A stretch of DNA of 64,000 bases from Rhodothermales bacterium (GCA_965116685.1 OZ220707.1:1811655-1875654); one strand, 5' to 3'. Numbered from the stretch's first letter, positions 20,052 to 29,254 are shown. Notes: generated from the letters alone by a model not told the origin. Numbers and translations are program-made.

Positions 20052-20384
20052 CTAACCGGGGGGCCACTCAAGTGAGCGACCACCGAGTACATGAAAATGA
20101 AGATGATCCACTGATTGCCCTCCGTCGGGCCCACAATTGATGACTATACGGTAACCACCTGTAAGCCCTTCCTGCTCCGCAACTTTATTTGCCACAACCA
20201 GGAGATGTCCGGCAAGAGCGGCGTCCAGGTCATCATCAAGTGCCTGTATCGGCTTGCGCGGAACCACTAAAACATGGGTTGGTGCCTGCGGAGCAATATC
20301 CCGGAACGCCACACATACTTCATCCTCGTAAATACGGTCTGCCGGAATTTCTCCGTCAATGATGCGCTCAAACAAAGTTGGCAT
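20052..20384 (-). CDS. HIT-family (histidine triad) nucleotide hydrolase
   Basis: MPTLFERIIDGEIPA N-terminus and the HLHFHVLGG histidine triad. The listed ORF start at 20501 lies inside the adjacent IS and is rejected. Confidence 0.85.
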   Translation of the reverse strand: MPTLFERIIDGEIPADRIYEDEVCVAFRDIAPQAPTHVLVVPRKPIQALDDDLDAALAGHLLVVANKVAEQEGLTGGYRIVINCGPDGGQSVDHLHFHVLGGRSLEWPPG

Positions 20385-20466
20385 AAAAAGATACCTGATA
20401 TGTTCCCCTGCGCTGAACAATACGCCCTCCGCTTCGTTCCTTTGCGACCCGTGACGATCACCTTTT

Positions 20467-21800
20467 GAATGGGGAATCATATACGTAAGTGACCTGTCCA
20501 TTAGGCGGCCCTCTGCGTATCCATTTCACAGGTCATAGAGGTCGGTAACCCGAACGCCTCTCGCTGTGCAGTTGCCCCAATCCCGGAGGCCAGTATGTTT
20601 GCCGCCGCGTTCAGGTCGGCATGATCCGCATGTCCACAGGACATACACTTGAATGTACTTTGCGTCTTTCGATTCTCTTTATCCCGGTGTCCACATATGT
20701 TACAGTCCTGACTGGTATAAGGGGCAGGGACCTTCATGACCTTCCGGCATTTGTATTCCAGCATTTGATCCAACTGTCCCCATCCGGTTTTCAGGATCTC
20801 TCGGTTCAGTCCAGCCTTCGCGTTGACGTTTGTACCGGGATTCTCTACGGTACCTTTGGCACTGGACGTCATGTTCTGGATATTCAGGTCTTCCAGTACT
20901 GCGGTCGAGGATCGGTTGGCGATCCTCCGGGACGCTTGATGATTTGCATTCGTACGGGTATTGGCAATACTTCGATGAACTTTCTGGATCTTCAGTTTCG
21001 TACGCTTCCTGTGATTGGATCCTTTTTGTTGCCGGGCCAACTGCCGTTGATACCGGTGCAGCTTTGCCGTCTTCCGTTTAATCTCCGGTTGCTGGATGAT
21101 CTCCTGCTCCCCGTCTGAATAGGTTGTAGCAAACTGTGACATACCACTTGCCTGCCAGTTTCTTGACGACCGCCTTGACCGGCTTGCCGTCGGTATACGG
21201 GTTGTTACCACGAATCTGTACGTATCCCAGTTTGGGAATGAGTAGCTTCCCGTCTTTGATCTTAACGGCATCCGGGATCGTGAATGAGGGAGTAGTGCGG
21301 TGTATGGAATGAAACTTCGGTCGTCCATTCCCGTGCTTGAAAAATCCCTGTCAGGCATCTGCCTGGTACTTCAAGGTGTACCGGGTAATCTTATAGCTGT
21401 ATTCGGGCAGCCAGTCCACATGATCTCGCAGTTCCTTGAATCGTTTGCCAAGAGAGAAGAAACTCGTCGATGGGGGCTTCTCTTCAGACTCTTTCGCTTT
21501 GGCGTAGGCTTCGTTCTGCTGTGCCAGCATTGCATTCCAAACGAATCGACAGGCACCTGCCAGTCCCGCCAGTTTCTTTGCCTTGGATTGCGTTCCCGGC
21601 AATAGCCGATAGACGATGCTTCGGTATCGGAAACTAGTTTGCTCTTTTTCGTTCAATCCCTTAACGGGCATGGTATCAATCGAGGTGATATTATGGTAAG
21701 CAATAGGGTGGATGGGTGTCCATCCTATTGTGTCCGTTAGCCCTGAAGCCATGAAAAGGTTGCATGACTTCAGGTTACTCACGTATATAGTTCCCTTTGA
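20467..21800 (-). mobile_element. TnpB-only IS (IS200/IS605-IS1341-like), decayed, with about 28-bp imperfect terminal inverted repeats
   Basis: GAATGGGGAATCATATACGTAAGTGACC (20467-20494) matches the reverse complement of GGTTACTCACGTATATAGTTCCCTTTGA (21773-21800) at 20/28 positions. A subterminal hairpin CAATAGGGTGGATGGGTGTCCATCCTATTG lies at 21701-21730. Confidence 0.7.
20501..21671 (-). pseudogene. tnpB: tnpB (RuvC-like RNA-guided nuclease) pseudogene
   Basis: The N-terminal ORF ends at an in-frame TGA (21351-21353), where the family has W (ADA*QGFFKHGNGRPKFHS). An out-of-frame deletion near 21120 removes the GIDLG RuvC-I segment between VTVCYNL and SDGEQ. The RuvC-II VLEDLNIQNM, zinc finger CNICGH...CMSCGH and RuvC-III HADLNAAANI are retained. 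Confidence 0.75.
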
Positions 21801-22247
21801 ATGCCTACGGTTTACCTCACACGGGAGACACATTTTAACGCGGCTCACCGCTTACACAACCCTGCAAAATCAGACGAGTGGAACTGTTCGGTTTTCGGAC
21901 CCTGCAACAATCCCAACTGGCATGGCCACAACTATAGGCTCCAGATAACTGTTGCAGGCACTCCCGACCCGGATACGGGCTATGTAATTGATCTGGGAGA
22001 CCTGAACCAAGTGATTCAAGATCGTGTTATCCGTCACCTGGATCATAAGAACCTGAACTTGGATGTCCCCTTCCTCAAGGGGATCATGCCATCCACAGAA
22101 AACCTTGTCATTGCGATCTGGGATCGTCTGGCAGACACCTTACCTGCCGGCACCCTCTATCGCGTCCGACTTCATGAAACACCAAAAAATTCAGCAGACT
22201 ACTTTGGCCCGGATGGATCACTCAGATCTGTTAGATCAAACTCTTAG
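21801..22247 (+). CDS. queD: 6-carboxy-5,6,7,8-tetrahydropterin synthase
   Basis: [12 protein letters not shown]...[11 protein letters not shown] motif set of the PTPS/QueD family. Confidence 0.85.
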   Translation: MPTVYLTRETHFNAAHRLHNPAKSDEWNCSVFGPCNNPNWHGHNYRLQITVAGTPDPDTGYVIDLGDLNQVIQDRVIRHLDHKNLNLDVPFLKGIMPSTENLVIAIWDRLADTLPAGTLYRVRLHETPKNSADYFGPDGSLRSVRSNS

Positions 22248-22815
22248 CGAAGAGCCTCCAGCGGCAGGCCTTGATCATCATGTTCACGAGCTTCTACGAC
22301 TGCTTGGCGAAGATCCGGCGCGCGAGGGTCTACTGAAGACCCCTGAGCGTGTCGCCAAGTCTCTTTCATTCCTGACGCAGGGATACCACATTGATGCAAA
22401 AGCGATCCTGAAATCAGCCGTCTTTGAGGAGGACTACAACGAAATGATTCTGGTCCGTGATATTGATCTGTTCAGCCTGTGCGAACATCATTTACTTCCT
22501 TTTTTTGGGAAAGCTCATGTTGCCTATATCGCGCAGAACCATATTGTTGGTCTGAGTAAAATCCCCCGGGTCGTTGATGCGTTTGCTCGCCGTCTGCAGG
22601 TACAGGAACGTTTAACCGTCCAGATCCGAGATGCCATTGATGAGGTCATCCAACCTCTCGGAACCGCGGTCGTGATTGAAGCGACGCATCTATGTATGTC
22701 CATGCGTGGTGTAGAGAAGCAGAACGCACTTACCGCTACCAGTGCCATGAGCGGTGCCTTTCTATCCGAGGGAACCGCACGCGAAGAATTTATGCGACTG
22801 GTCTACGCGAAATAG
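22213..22815 (+). CDS. folE: GTP cyclohydrolase I
   Basis: [39 protein letters not shown] and [11 protein letters not shown] motifs. The start is ambiguous (ATG 22174 or 22213); both overlap the queD 3-prime end. Confidence 0.85.
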   Translation: MDHSDLLDQTLSEEPPAAGLDHHVHELLRLLGEDPAREGLLKTPERVAKSLSFLTQGYHIDAKAILKSAVFEEDYNEMILVRDIDLFSLCEHHLLPFFGKAHVAYIAQNHIVGLSKIPRVVDAFARRLQVQERLTVQIRDAIDEVIQPLGTAVVIEATHLCMSMRGVEKQNALTATSAMSGAFLSEGTAREEFMRLVYAK

Positions 22816-22823
22816 CGCCTATT

Positions 22824-23387
22824 TCAATTCCAGCTCGGGTCCGCGGGGAAGTTTGCCAGAATTGCATATTCTCCCCCCATTTTTCGAAGGACCTGGCGCC
22901 AGAGTGTGCTGGGATCATGTTCAAAGATCAGGTCTGAATTCCCATGTGTTATGAACCAGCATCCCTCTCTCATCTCCTGTTCCAACTGCCCCGGTGCCCA
23001 ACCGGAATACCCGACGAAAAAGCGGATTTGGCTGGAGGTAATGCAGTCGTCTTTTACCGTTTTGATCACATCTTGAACTTTCCCGCAAAAACATACATCC
23101 TCCATCACCGGCCGTGATTCCCGTATAAGGTCTTCACGCCGATGGAGATAGGTGAGGCAATCCTGCTCTACCGGCCCACCCTCATAAATCACATGTCCAT
23201 CAACATCATGGTCCAGAAGGCGATTCAGCGACAACGGTGTTGGACGATTCACAACCAGCCCCAGACTGCCCTCCGCATCATGTATACACATCAGAATCAC
23301 TGCCCGATAAAATGGCCCTGATGGGTGGTCGGGGGGTGTGATAAGCAGATCGCCGGGCGCAATCTCTCCCAGGTTGTATTGGGTCAT
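22824..23387 (-). CDS. YqgE/AlgH-family (UPF0301) protein
   Basis: GDLLITPPDHPSGPFYRAVILMCIHDAEGSLGLVVNRP and FFVGYSGWAPGQLEQE motifs. Confidence 0.8.
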   Translation of the reverse strand: MTQYNLGEIAPGDLLITPPDHPSGPFYRAVILMCIHDAEGSLGLVVNRPTPLSLNRLLDHDVDGHVIYEGGPVEQDCLTYLHRREDLIRESRPVMEDVCFCGKVQDVIKTVKDDCITSSQIRFFVGYSGWAPGQLEQEMREGCWFITHGNSDLIFEHDPSTLWRQVLRKMGGEYAILANFPADPSWN

Positions 23388-23902
23388 CCTTTTGAGGCTA
23401 AAAGTGCTTTCAGTGCTCCACACCAGTGATCAGCATCCCGGGTGATGGTCACAACGTTGATCGTTTGAAAACGTGGAAACAACTCTATCATAATATCGGG
23501 AATTTTACTCCATTCCTCTTGGCGGATTAGTGTTTCAAGCGTATCTGCCGCCTTCCTGCTCCAGCGCCAGTCATTGCGAAGGGCTTCCGCACGCTTCCAG
23601 TAATTACGCTCATCCCACACGTCTGCACTCCCTTCAATTGTCGCATAGATCCCGCGTAGCGAAAAGACAAATAGTGCTGCCATGTCCTTTGCCTCATCAT
23701 CAAAGCGGTCTTTTTCTGCCAAAAGGCGAAGAAGTTCTGCACAGGTGCGCCTGTGAGCATTGCGCTCTTTGGCGGGTGTATTACCGGTGCGTATAATCCG
23801 TGCCATATAGTTCAGGATCTGATTAAGTCTACCCAACACATGGGGAATAAGCCCGATGGGTTGGGCGATAAGGGTGGGTCGGACTTCATGGGTCTTATCC
23901 AT
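23384..23902 (-). CDS. Hypothetical protein (172 aa), no recognisable domain
   Basis: Clean ORF with an ATG start. Its TGA overlaps the ATG of the downstream yqgE-like gene (ATGA), which suggests translational coupling. Confidence 0.4.
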   Translation of the reverse strand: MDKTHEVRPTLIAQPIGLIPHVLGRLNQILNYMARIIRTGNTPAKERNAHRRTCAELLRLLAEKDRFDDEAKDMAALFVFSLRGIYATIEGSADVWDERNYWKRAEALRNDWRWSRKAADTLETLIRQEEWSKIPDIMIELFPRFQTINVVTITRDADHWCGALKALLASKG

Positions 23903-24033
23903 CCAACATGATACTTCTGCCTGTATTTATGTTCTGCAGTCTCACAGATGATGGGCAACCGAAAAACTACACATTCTCCGATAAACCACCTTCCGGCATA
24001 TAATCGCCGTCGCTGAAAATATTGAGACCCTGT

Positions 24034-24659
24034 CTACCAACTTTCAGGTTTGTAGATCTTCGTTTGGGGGATTGGATTCGGCAACTGTGACTTCCTAAGC
24101 GCACCGCCTCTGATGCGTGCCAAAAAATCTGCATGAATTTTGAGTTGTCGTGATGTTTTCTTCTTTCCAGGTGTAATCAGTCCTATACGAATTGCTGGAT
24201 GCTGCTCCTTTGTCAGCCGCATTGTCTCGGCTATATCACTGTCATTCGTTACAACCACGGCACACTCATACTTACCAAGCCATGCATCATTGAGTAAATG
24301 CACCGCTAAATTGACATCTGAACCCTTTTCTTTGGTGTCTAGCACGCTGACTATCTTTGGGGTTCCCTTCGGGTTCGCAAGTGGTCGGCGAATTTTGTGA
24401 GTCAAGAAGGATCCGAGGTGAACCTCTACATTGGGCTTGTAATTCTGCAAGGCGTTGAGATATGTGTTTTGTCTCTGTGATTGAGAGGGATCTCTCCGCG
24501 AGTCTGCCACTTTGACAGTAAAGAATTTAACCAGTTCAATGTTATGGTGTGGCTGAAGTATGCTCTTGAAAAGCAATGGGAGATCTAGCCACTTGTAGGA
24601 TGTGCCTCTTAAGATCCGTAATAGAGATTAAACCCATCAACATATACGATCGTCCGCAT
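24034..24659 (-). pseudogene. NYN-domain (LabA/PIN-like RNase) gene with one frame break after codon 16
   Basis: ATG 24659 gives MRTIVYVDGFNLYYGS then TAA. Shifting one nt at about 24611 continues as LRGTSYKWLDLPLLFKSIL... into the 180-aa ORF, which carries EKGSDVNLAVHLLNDAW and VVVTNDSDIAE NYN motifs. Confidence 0.65.
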
Positions 24660-24668
24660 AATCACCTC

Positions 24669-24697
24669 AAAAAAGCTAGGGCCTCCGAAGAGGCCCT
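24669..24697 (-). terminator. Rho-independent terminator (minus strand)
   Basis: Minus strand reads AGGGCCUC-UUCG-GAGGCCCU followed by AGCUUUUUU. It is preceded by a second UUCG-looped hairpin (24701-24722). It ends 10 nt upstream of the NYN ATG. Confidence 0.6.
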
Positions 24698-25397
24698 GCG
24701 CCCTACACCCGAAGACGTAGGGGGGGGTAAGGCGAGAGATTTCACCAGAATCAGGTGCTGCACCCGCCGACATCATTAACTTAGCAATTTCGTCCTTGTT
24801 CCCAAAATACTACTTTGGTGACATAATTCCCTTTCCTTTCAAGGCTTGACTCCCGAAAACAGAAAGATGGTCGGTGGGGGGTTCCGGCACCATTTCCAGT
24901 AGTTGACATGACAAATCATGATGCTGGGCTCGGTTTTGCTATGATCACGGTTGGGAGAGGAGTGGAACTGAAGATCAATGATCCACAACAAATGCTAGAG
25001 CCAAGTGATGGATTGTGCTACCCCTCAAGCCCAGGTCGCCGACCCGGACTGAAGCCAGCCGAGCGAATCATCCCAACCCCCTGCGATTTGCGAGACCGGC
25101 GGACACATGTTCCTCTGGGCGTCCCAGGACCGGATCACCGAGGGGCTACATGCTCGAGCGCCGGGGCGGCAGATACGTGTGCTGCCTCATTTGGAAACCA
25201 GCGAGCGGAGGCCCGATCCAGCCCATCCTCTACTGGCGAAAAGGCACGCCGGAGTTCAGGGAGGCGAAGGGATTCATGACCGCCTCCAGGGCGGAGGCGG
25301 ACCGGGAAGACGGGCGCCCGAGCTTCTTCTTCTCGATGATCGGGCGCGTGACCAAAGGGCCGGTGCAGCTGCGGGATCCCTATACATTGGATCTCAC

Positions 25398-25593
25398 TTA
25401 ATGGGAATTATATACATGTGTACCCAGACTCATGCATCCATTTCACGGGTTCACGAGGTCTCCAATGAGAACGCCTCTCGCCGTGCAGTCGCCCCAATCC
25501 CGGAGGCCAATGGCATATTCGACCATACCCCAATATACGGAAATTCAGCGGATTGTTTGCAATGGGTACACACATATATAATTCCCCATTTAA
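25398..25593 (-). mobile_element. MITE-like internal-deletion derivative of the TnpB IS, keeping the tnpB 3-prime end / right-end region
   Basis: Inverted repeats TTAATGGGAATTATATACATGTGTACCC (25398-25425) and GGGTACACACATATATAATTCCCCATTTAA (25564-25593) both resemble the IRs of the IS at 20467/21773. Region 25435-25510 matches 20517-20595, the last 19 or so tnpB codons (LASGIGATARREAFSLETS*). Confidence 0.6.
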
Positions 25594-25665
25594 TTTATCC
25601 CAAACAGGAAACCCATGCCAGTTATTCACACTAAACACATCACGATGCCCTGAGGGGCAAATATC

Positions 25666-25869
25666 ATGAAAGATCACCAGAACGTCACCGAAAACTGCCC
25701 GATTTTGGGCGTCCGCGTCCGCAAGGAGATGAAGGAGCACCTGGCCTATCTTGGCCAGCTGGATAAGCGATTGATGTCCTACATCACGAGGGAGGCGACC
25801 TACCAGGGCCTTCGGGATGTAGAGGTGCAGTTTCGGGAGCGAGGCCTGCTAAAGGAAGCCGCACAATGA
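25666..25869 (+). CDS. Small ribbon-helix-helix (CopG/Arc-like) protein, putative
   Basis: 67 aa. ILGVRVRKEMKEHLAYLGQ fits a beta-strand followed by a helix, as in RHH folds. ATG start. GC-rich like the neighbouring island DNA. Confidence 0.4.
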   Translation: MKDHQNVTENCPILGVRVRKEMKEHLAYLGQLDKRLMSYITREATYQGLRDVEVQFRERGLLKEAAQ

Positions 25870-25900
25870 TCGCACCCGCGACAAAAAAAGCCCCCCTGAC

Positions 25901-27921
25901 TAGCCTGAATTTCCAACAGACAACTTAAAGTGACATTATGTGGGTATTTAGGCCTTACAGATACGATTTGATCCCATTATTGTCACTTTTTTTTGTGTTT
26001 ATATCTCGCTAACCAATACATTTGACAATTTCTGTCATTGCCATAAATACCCGGGATTTGACAGTTATTATCATTTTTCTCGATTTAATCTCTTCTTGTT
26101 TCATATTTATCGTTGCGTGTATTATATTAGTGCATGATACTTAATAACGATTTTTTATGACGTTTACCAACCAAGAACTCGAAAATCTCTTCCTCCAGCC
26201 CCAATCCCCGCACCAACTCCAGTATGAGGCCCTGCGTGCACGATTCGTAGATCGAAAGCCTTGGGCAGAAATTGCCAAACAGTTTCGCCTCAACCCGGGC
26301 ACACTCCGTAACCTGGCTTCAAAGGTGCGTAAATCTGGAACCCTTGATCTGTTTGACTCTCCCATCAACCAAAAACGATCCCAGCGAGATCAGCGAATCC
26401 TTGCACTGCGTTTGGAAGAGCAGCTCTCCAATACAGAAATTTCGGAGCGTTTGGCAGCGGAAGGAATCAAAGCGGGAACTACCACCATTGGCTTGGTCCT
26501 CAAGAACGCAGGAGTTTCAAAGCTTCCCCGACGAATGGCACGTGCAGTGCCACAGGTGTTGAAGGCCCCCGAAGCCGATGTCCGCCGGTTCTTGCCCACC
26601 TCCGCGAAGTGGCAGACCCGTTTTGGCGGACTATTCCTCTTTGCTCGGGATCTGCAACAGGCCCGACTTGATCGGGTCCTGGCCGAGTGGCCCACCAGCA
26701 AGAAACTGCCTGCTCCGACCATGATCCGTGCACTGCTGGCCCTCAAGCTCTGGGGGATTGGACGGCCCTATCATGTGATGCCGGATATTCTGGATCCGGG
26801 AAGTGCCCTGTTTGCGGGACTCAATGTGATGCCGAAAAAATCAACGCTTACTGAGTATAGTACCCGCATTGATGCCTCACATTTGCGTCCGCTGATGGAT
26901 GTCTGGCATGGCGTTGCACAGGAACTGTTGCCAGCTCCAGAAACCTCCTTTGACCTGGACTTCCATATCATCCCCTATCATGGAGATGAAGCATTGATGC
27001 AGAAACATTTCGTCTCCAAACGGAGCCGACGGCAACGAGGAATCTTGGCCATCGTTGCTCGGCAAGCGAGTCAGCGTGCGCTCATCTACGGGGATGCGAG
27101 AATTACCAAAGCCAATCAAAATGATGCCATTCTCGAATTCGTGGACCTCTGGGAACAACGCGCCGGGAAGCCTCCCAAGGAATTAGTCTTTGACAGTCGC
27201 TTTACCACCTATGCGAATCTGAACGAACTCAATCAACGCAATATCTACTTTTTAACCCTGCGGCGGCGTGCACCTTCCATTGTGTACCAACTCAATCAAC
27301 GCCCGTCCCAGGATTGGAAAACCATCCAACTTCAAAATATCGGGCGCAAGTACTCCACCCCACGAATCCTGGATGAATCCATTACCGTGCGAAACTACTC
27401 GAAGAACCTGCGCCAGATCGCAATCAAAGGACTCGGACACGATAAACCAACCCTTCTGATCACCAATCGGATGGAAGAACATCCCACAACGCTCGTGGAC
27501 CGGTATGCCCGGCGCATGCTCATCGAAAATGCCATTGAGGACGCAATTAATTTCTTCCATATGGACGCGCTCTCAAGTACCGTGCCATTACGGATTGACT
27601 TGGATTTACAATTGACGCTCATCGCCAGTACCCTCTACCAAGTCTTAGCACAGCGCTTGGGAGCCCGGTATGAAACCGCGAAAAGCCGAACCATCTTCAA
27701 TAAATTCGTCCATGCCCCCGCCACCGTCATCACCCACAACGATCAAATCGTGGTACGACTCACCCGACGCGCACACAACACAGAACTGCGGGCAGCAGGC
27801 TATGTTGGATCCCAAGGACCGATCTCCTGGATGCAGAACCGAAACCTAATCCTTGAATACGTCTAATCGCTCACTTGCTTATCCGATTGTCATCAAAAAA
27901 CGTGGTTGGAAATTCAGGCTA
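25901..27921 (+). mobile_element. IS4-superfamily-like insertion sequence (about 2.0 kb)
   Basis: Perfect 17-bp terminal inverted repeat: TAGCCTGAATTTCCAAC (25901-25917) and GTTGGAAATTCAGGCTA (27905-27921). An AT-rich left subterminal region carries several TGACA/TGTCA motifs. A single transposase ORF lies inside. Confidence 0.75.
26157..27866 (+). CDS. DDE transposase (IS4/IS1634-like)
   Basis: N-terminal HTH-like segments, DFHIIPYHGD and VFDSRFTTY acidic-residue blocks, and the C-terminal YARRMLIENAIED signature (Y-x2-R-x3-E) typical of IS4-type transposases. Confidence 0.8.
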   Translation: MTFTNQELENLFLQPQSPHQLQYEALRARFVDRKPWAEIAKQFRLNPGTLRNLASKVRKSGTLDLFDSPINQKRSQRDQRILALRLEEQLSNTEISERLAAEGIKAGTTTIGLVLKNAGVSKLPRRMARAVPQVLKAPEADVRRFLPTSAKWQTRFGGLFLFARDLQQARLDRVLAEWPTSKKLPAPTMIRALLALKLWGIGRPYHVMPDILDPGSALFAGLNVMPKKSTLTEYSTRIDASHLRPLMDVWHGVAQELLPAPETSFDLDFHIIPYHGDEALMQKHFVSKRSRRQRGILAIVARQASQRALIYGDARITKANQNDAILEFVDLWEQRAGKPPKELVFDSRFTTYANLNELNQRNIYFLTLRRRAPSIVYQLNQRPSQDWKTIQLQNIGRKYSTPRILDESITVRNYSKNLRQIAIKGLGHDKPTLLITNRMEEHPTTLVDRYARRMLIENAIEDAINFFHMDALSSTVPLRIDLDLQLTLIASTLYQVLAQRLGARYETAKSRTIFNKFVHAPATVITHNDQIVVRLTRRAHNTELRAAGYVGSQGPISWMQNRNLILEYV

Positions 27922-27999
27922 GGGAAGTTGACAGGGGCCTGGGACACGCAAAGTGCGTGAGGAATGACCTTCACATCCCCGAGGGGGAAGGATGTTCCC

Positions 28000-29127
28000 A
28001 TGCGCCGCGCCCCAGACCGAGGGGCCATGCCGACGCATAAGCAAATCCAGGCCCGCAACCGCCTCATCATCGCCAACCTCGGGGGCGGCATGACACAGAA
28101 AGAGGCCGAAGCCAAATACGGACTTACCGCAGAGCGCATCCGCCAGATCGCGAGGCAGCACGGCGTCCGGGCAAAGAGCGGAATCGGAGAGGCAAAGCGG
28201 AAGCTCAACCAGGCGATCATCGAAGACTTGAAAGCCGGCATGACACAGAAAGAGGCCGGAGCCAAATATGACCTTGCCCCGGAGCAAATCTACCAGATCG
28301 CGAGGCAGCACGGCGTCCGGGCAAAGAGCGGAATCGGAGAGGCAAAGCGGAAGCGCAACCAGGCGATCATCGAAGACTTGAAAGCCGGCATGACACAGAA
28401 AGAGATCGGAGCCAAATACAGACTTACCGCAGAGCGCATCCGCCAGATCACGAAACAGCACGGCATCACAAAGTACCTGACTGGAGAGGCAAAGCGGAAG
28501 CGCAACCAGGCGATCATCAAAGACTTGAAAGCCGGCATGACGGTGAAGCAAGCCGGAGCCAAATACGGACTTCACCCCGGGAGCATCAGCCAGATCGCGA
28601 AACAGAACGGCGTCGGAGGAATAGAGGCAAGGCGGAAGCGCAACCAGGCGATCATCAAAGACTTGAAAGCCGGCATGACGGTGAAGCAAGCCGGAGCCAA
28701 ATACGGACTTCACACTGGGAGCATCAGCCAGATCGCGAGAACGAACGGCGTTCAGGCATACAAGGCTAAAACGCGCCTGATTGGAGAGGCGCTGCGGAAG
28801 CGCAACCAGACGGTCATCGAAGACTTGAAAGCCGGCATGACACAGAAAGAGGCCGGAGCCAAATACGGGCGTACCCCAGAACACATCAACCTGATCGCGA
28901 GGCAGCACGGCATCCGGACATATAAAGCTAAAACGCACCAGATCAGAGAGGCGCTGCGGAAGCGCAACCAAGCGATTATCACCGACCTGAAAGCCGGCAT
29001 GGCACGGAAAGAGGCGGAGCCAAATACGACCTCGACCGCTCGACCATCAGCCAGATCGCGATACAGAACGGCGTTGGAGCAATGGAGGCAAAGCGGAAGC
29101 GCAACCAGGCGATTATCAAAGACCTGA
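28000..29127 (+). CDS. Tandem-HTH array protein (frame-1 part; the repeat register is lost after a 1-nt deletion at about 29015)
   Basis: Start at ATG 28000, preceded by GGGGGAAGGA. Repeated module: RKRNQAIIxDLKAGMTQKEAGAKYGLxxxxIxQIARQHGV. After 29015 the same repeat continues in frame 3 (ORF 29082-29471). Confidence 0.6.
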   Translation: MRRAPDRGAMPTHKQIQARNRLIIANLGGGMTQKEAEAKYGLTAERIRQIARQHGVRAKSGIGEAKRKLNQAIIEDLKAGMTQKEAGAKYDLAPEQIYQIARQHGVRAKSGIGEAKRKRNQAIIEDLKAGMTQKEIGAKYRLTAERIRQITKQHGITKYLTGEAKRKRNQAIIKDLKAGMTVKQAGAKYGLHPGSISQIAKQNGVGGIEARRKRNQAIIKDLKAGMTVKQAGAKYGLHTGSISQIARTNGVQAYKAKTRLIGEALRKRNQTVIEDLKAGMTQKEAGAKYGRTPEHINLIARQHGIRTYKAKTHQIREALRKRNQAIITDLKAGMARKEAEPNTTSTARPSARSRYRTALEQWRQSGSATRRLSKT

Positions 29128-29225
29128 AAGCGGGCATGACACAGAAAGAGGCCGGAGCCAAATACGACCTCGACCGCTCGACCATCAGCCAGATCGCGAC
29201 ACAGCACGGCTTCCATACAAAGAGA
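28051..29225 (+). repeat. Eight coding tandem repeats of 138-162 nt (46-54 aa HTH modules)
   Basis: Modules begin at ARNRLIIANLGGGM, then RKLNQAIIEDLKAGM, then six copies starting RKRNQ(A/T)(I/V)IxDLKAGM. Linker lengths vary (GVRAKSGIGEAK, GVGGIEAR, GVQAYKAKTRLIGEAL). Confidence 0.8.
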
Positions 29226-29254
29226 GAGAAAGCCAAATACCGCCACGTGATTGA

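Noticed and set aside
20385-20501. N-terminal extension of the HIT ORF (start at 20501)
   Set aside because: The extension runs into the right end of the TnpB IS and has no HIT-family counterpart. ATG 20384 gives the canonical MPTLFERIIDGEIPA start.
24700-25400. Checked by eye for tmRNA, RNase P RNA, SRP RNA and TPP-riboswitch signatures
   Set aside because: None of the conserved cores I remember is present (GGUUCGA T-loop plus CCA end, GGAAAGUCCGG, SRP AGCA/GGAA loops, CUGAGA...ACCUGAUCUGGAUAAUGCCAGCG). The CCTGATTCTGG string is only a partial coincidence. An unknown RNA is kept as a low-confidence finding instead.
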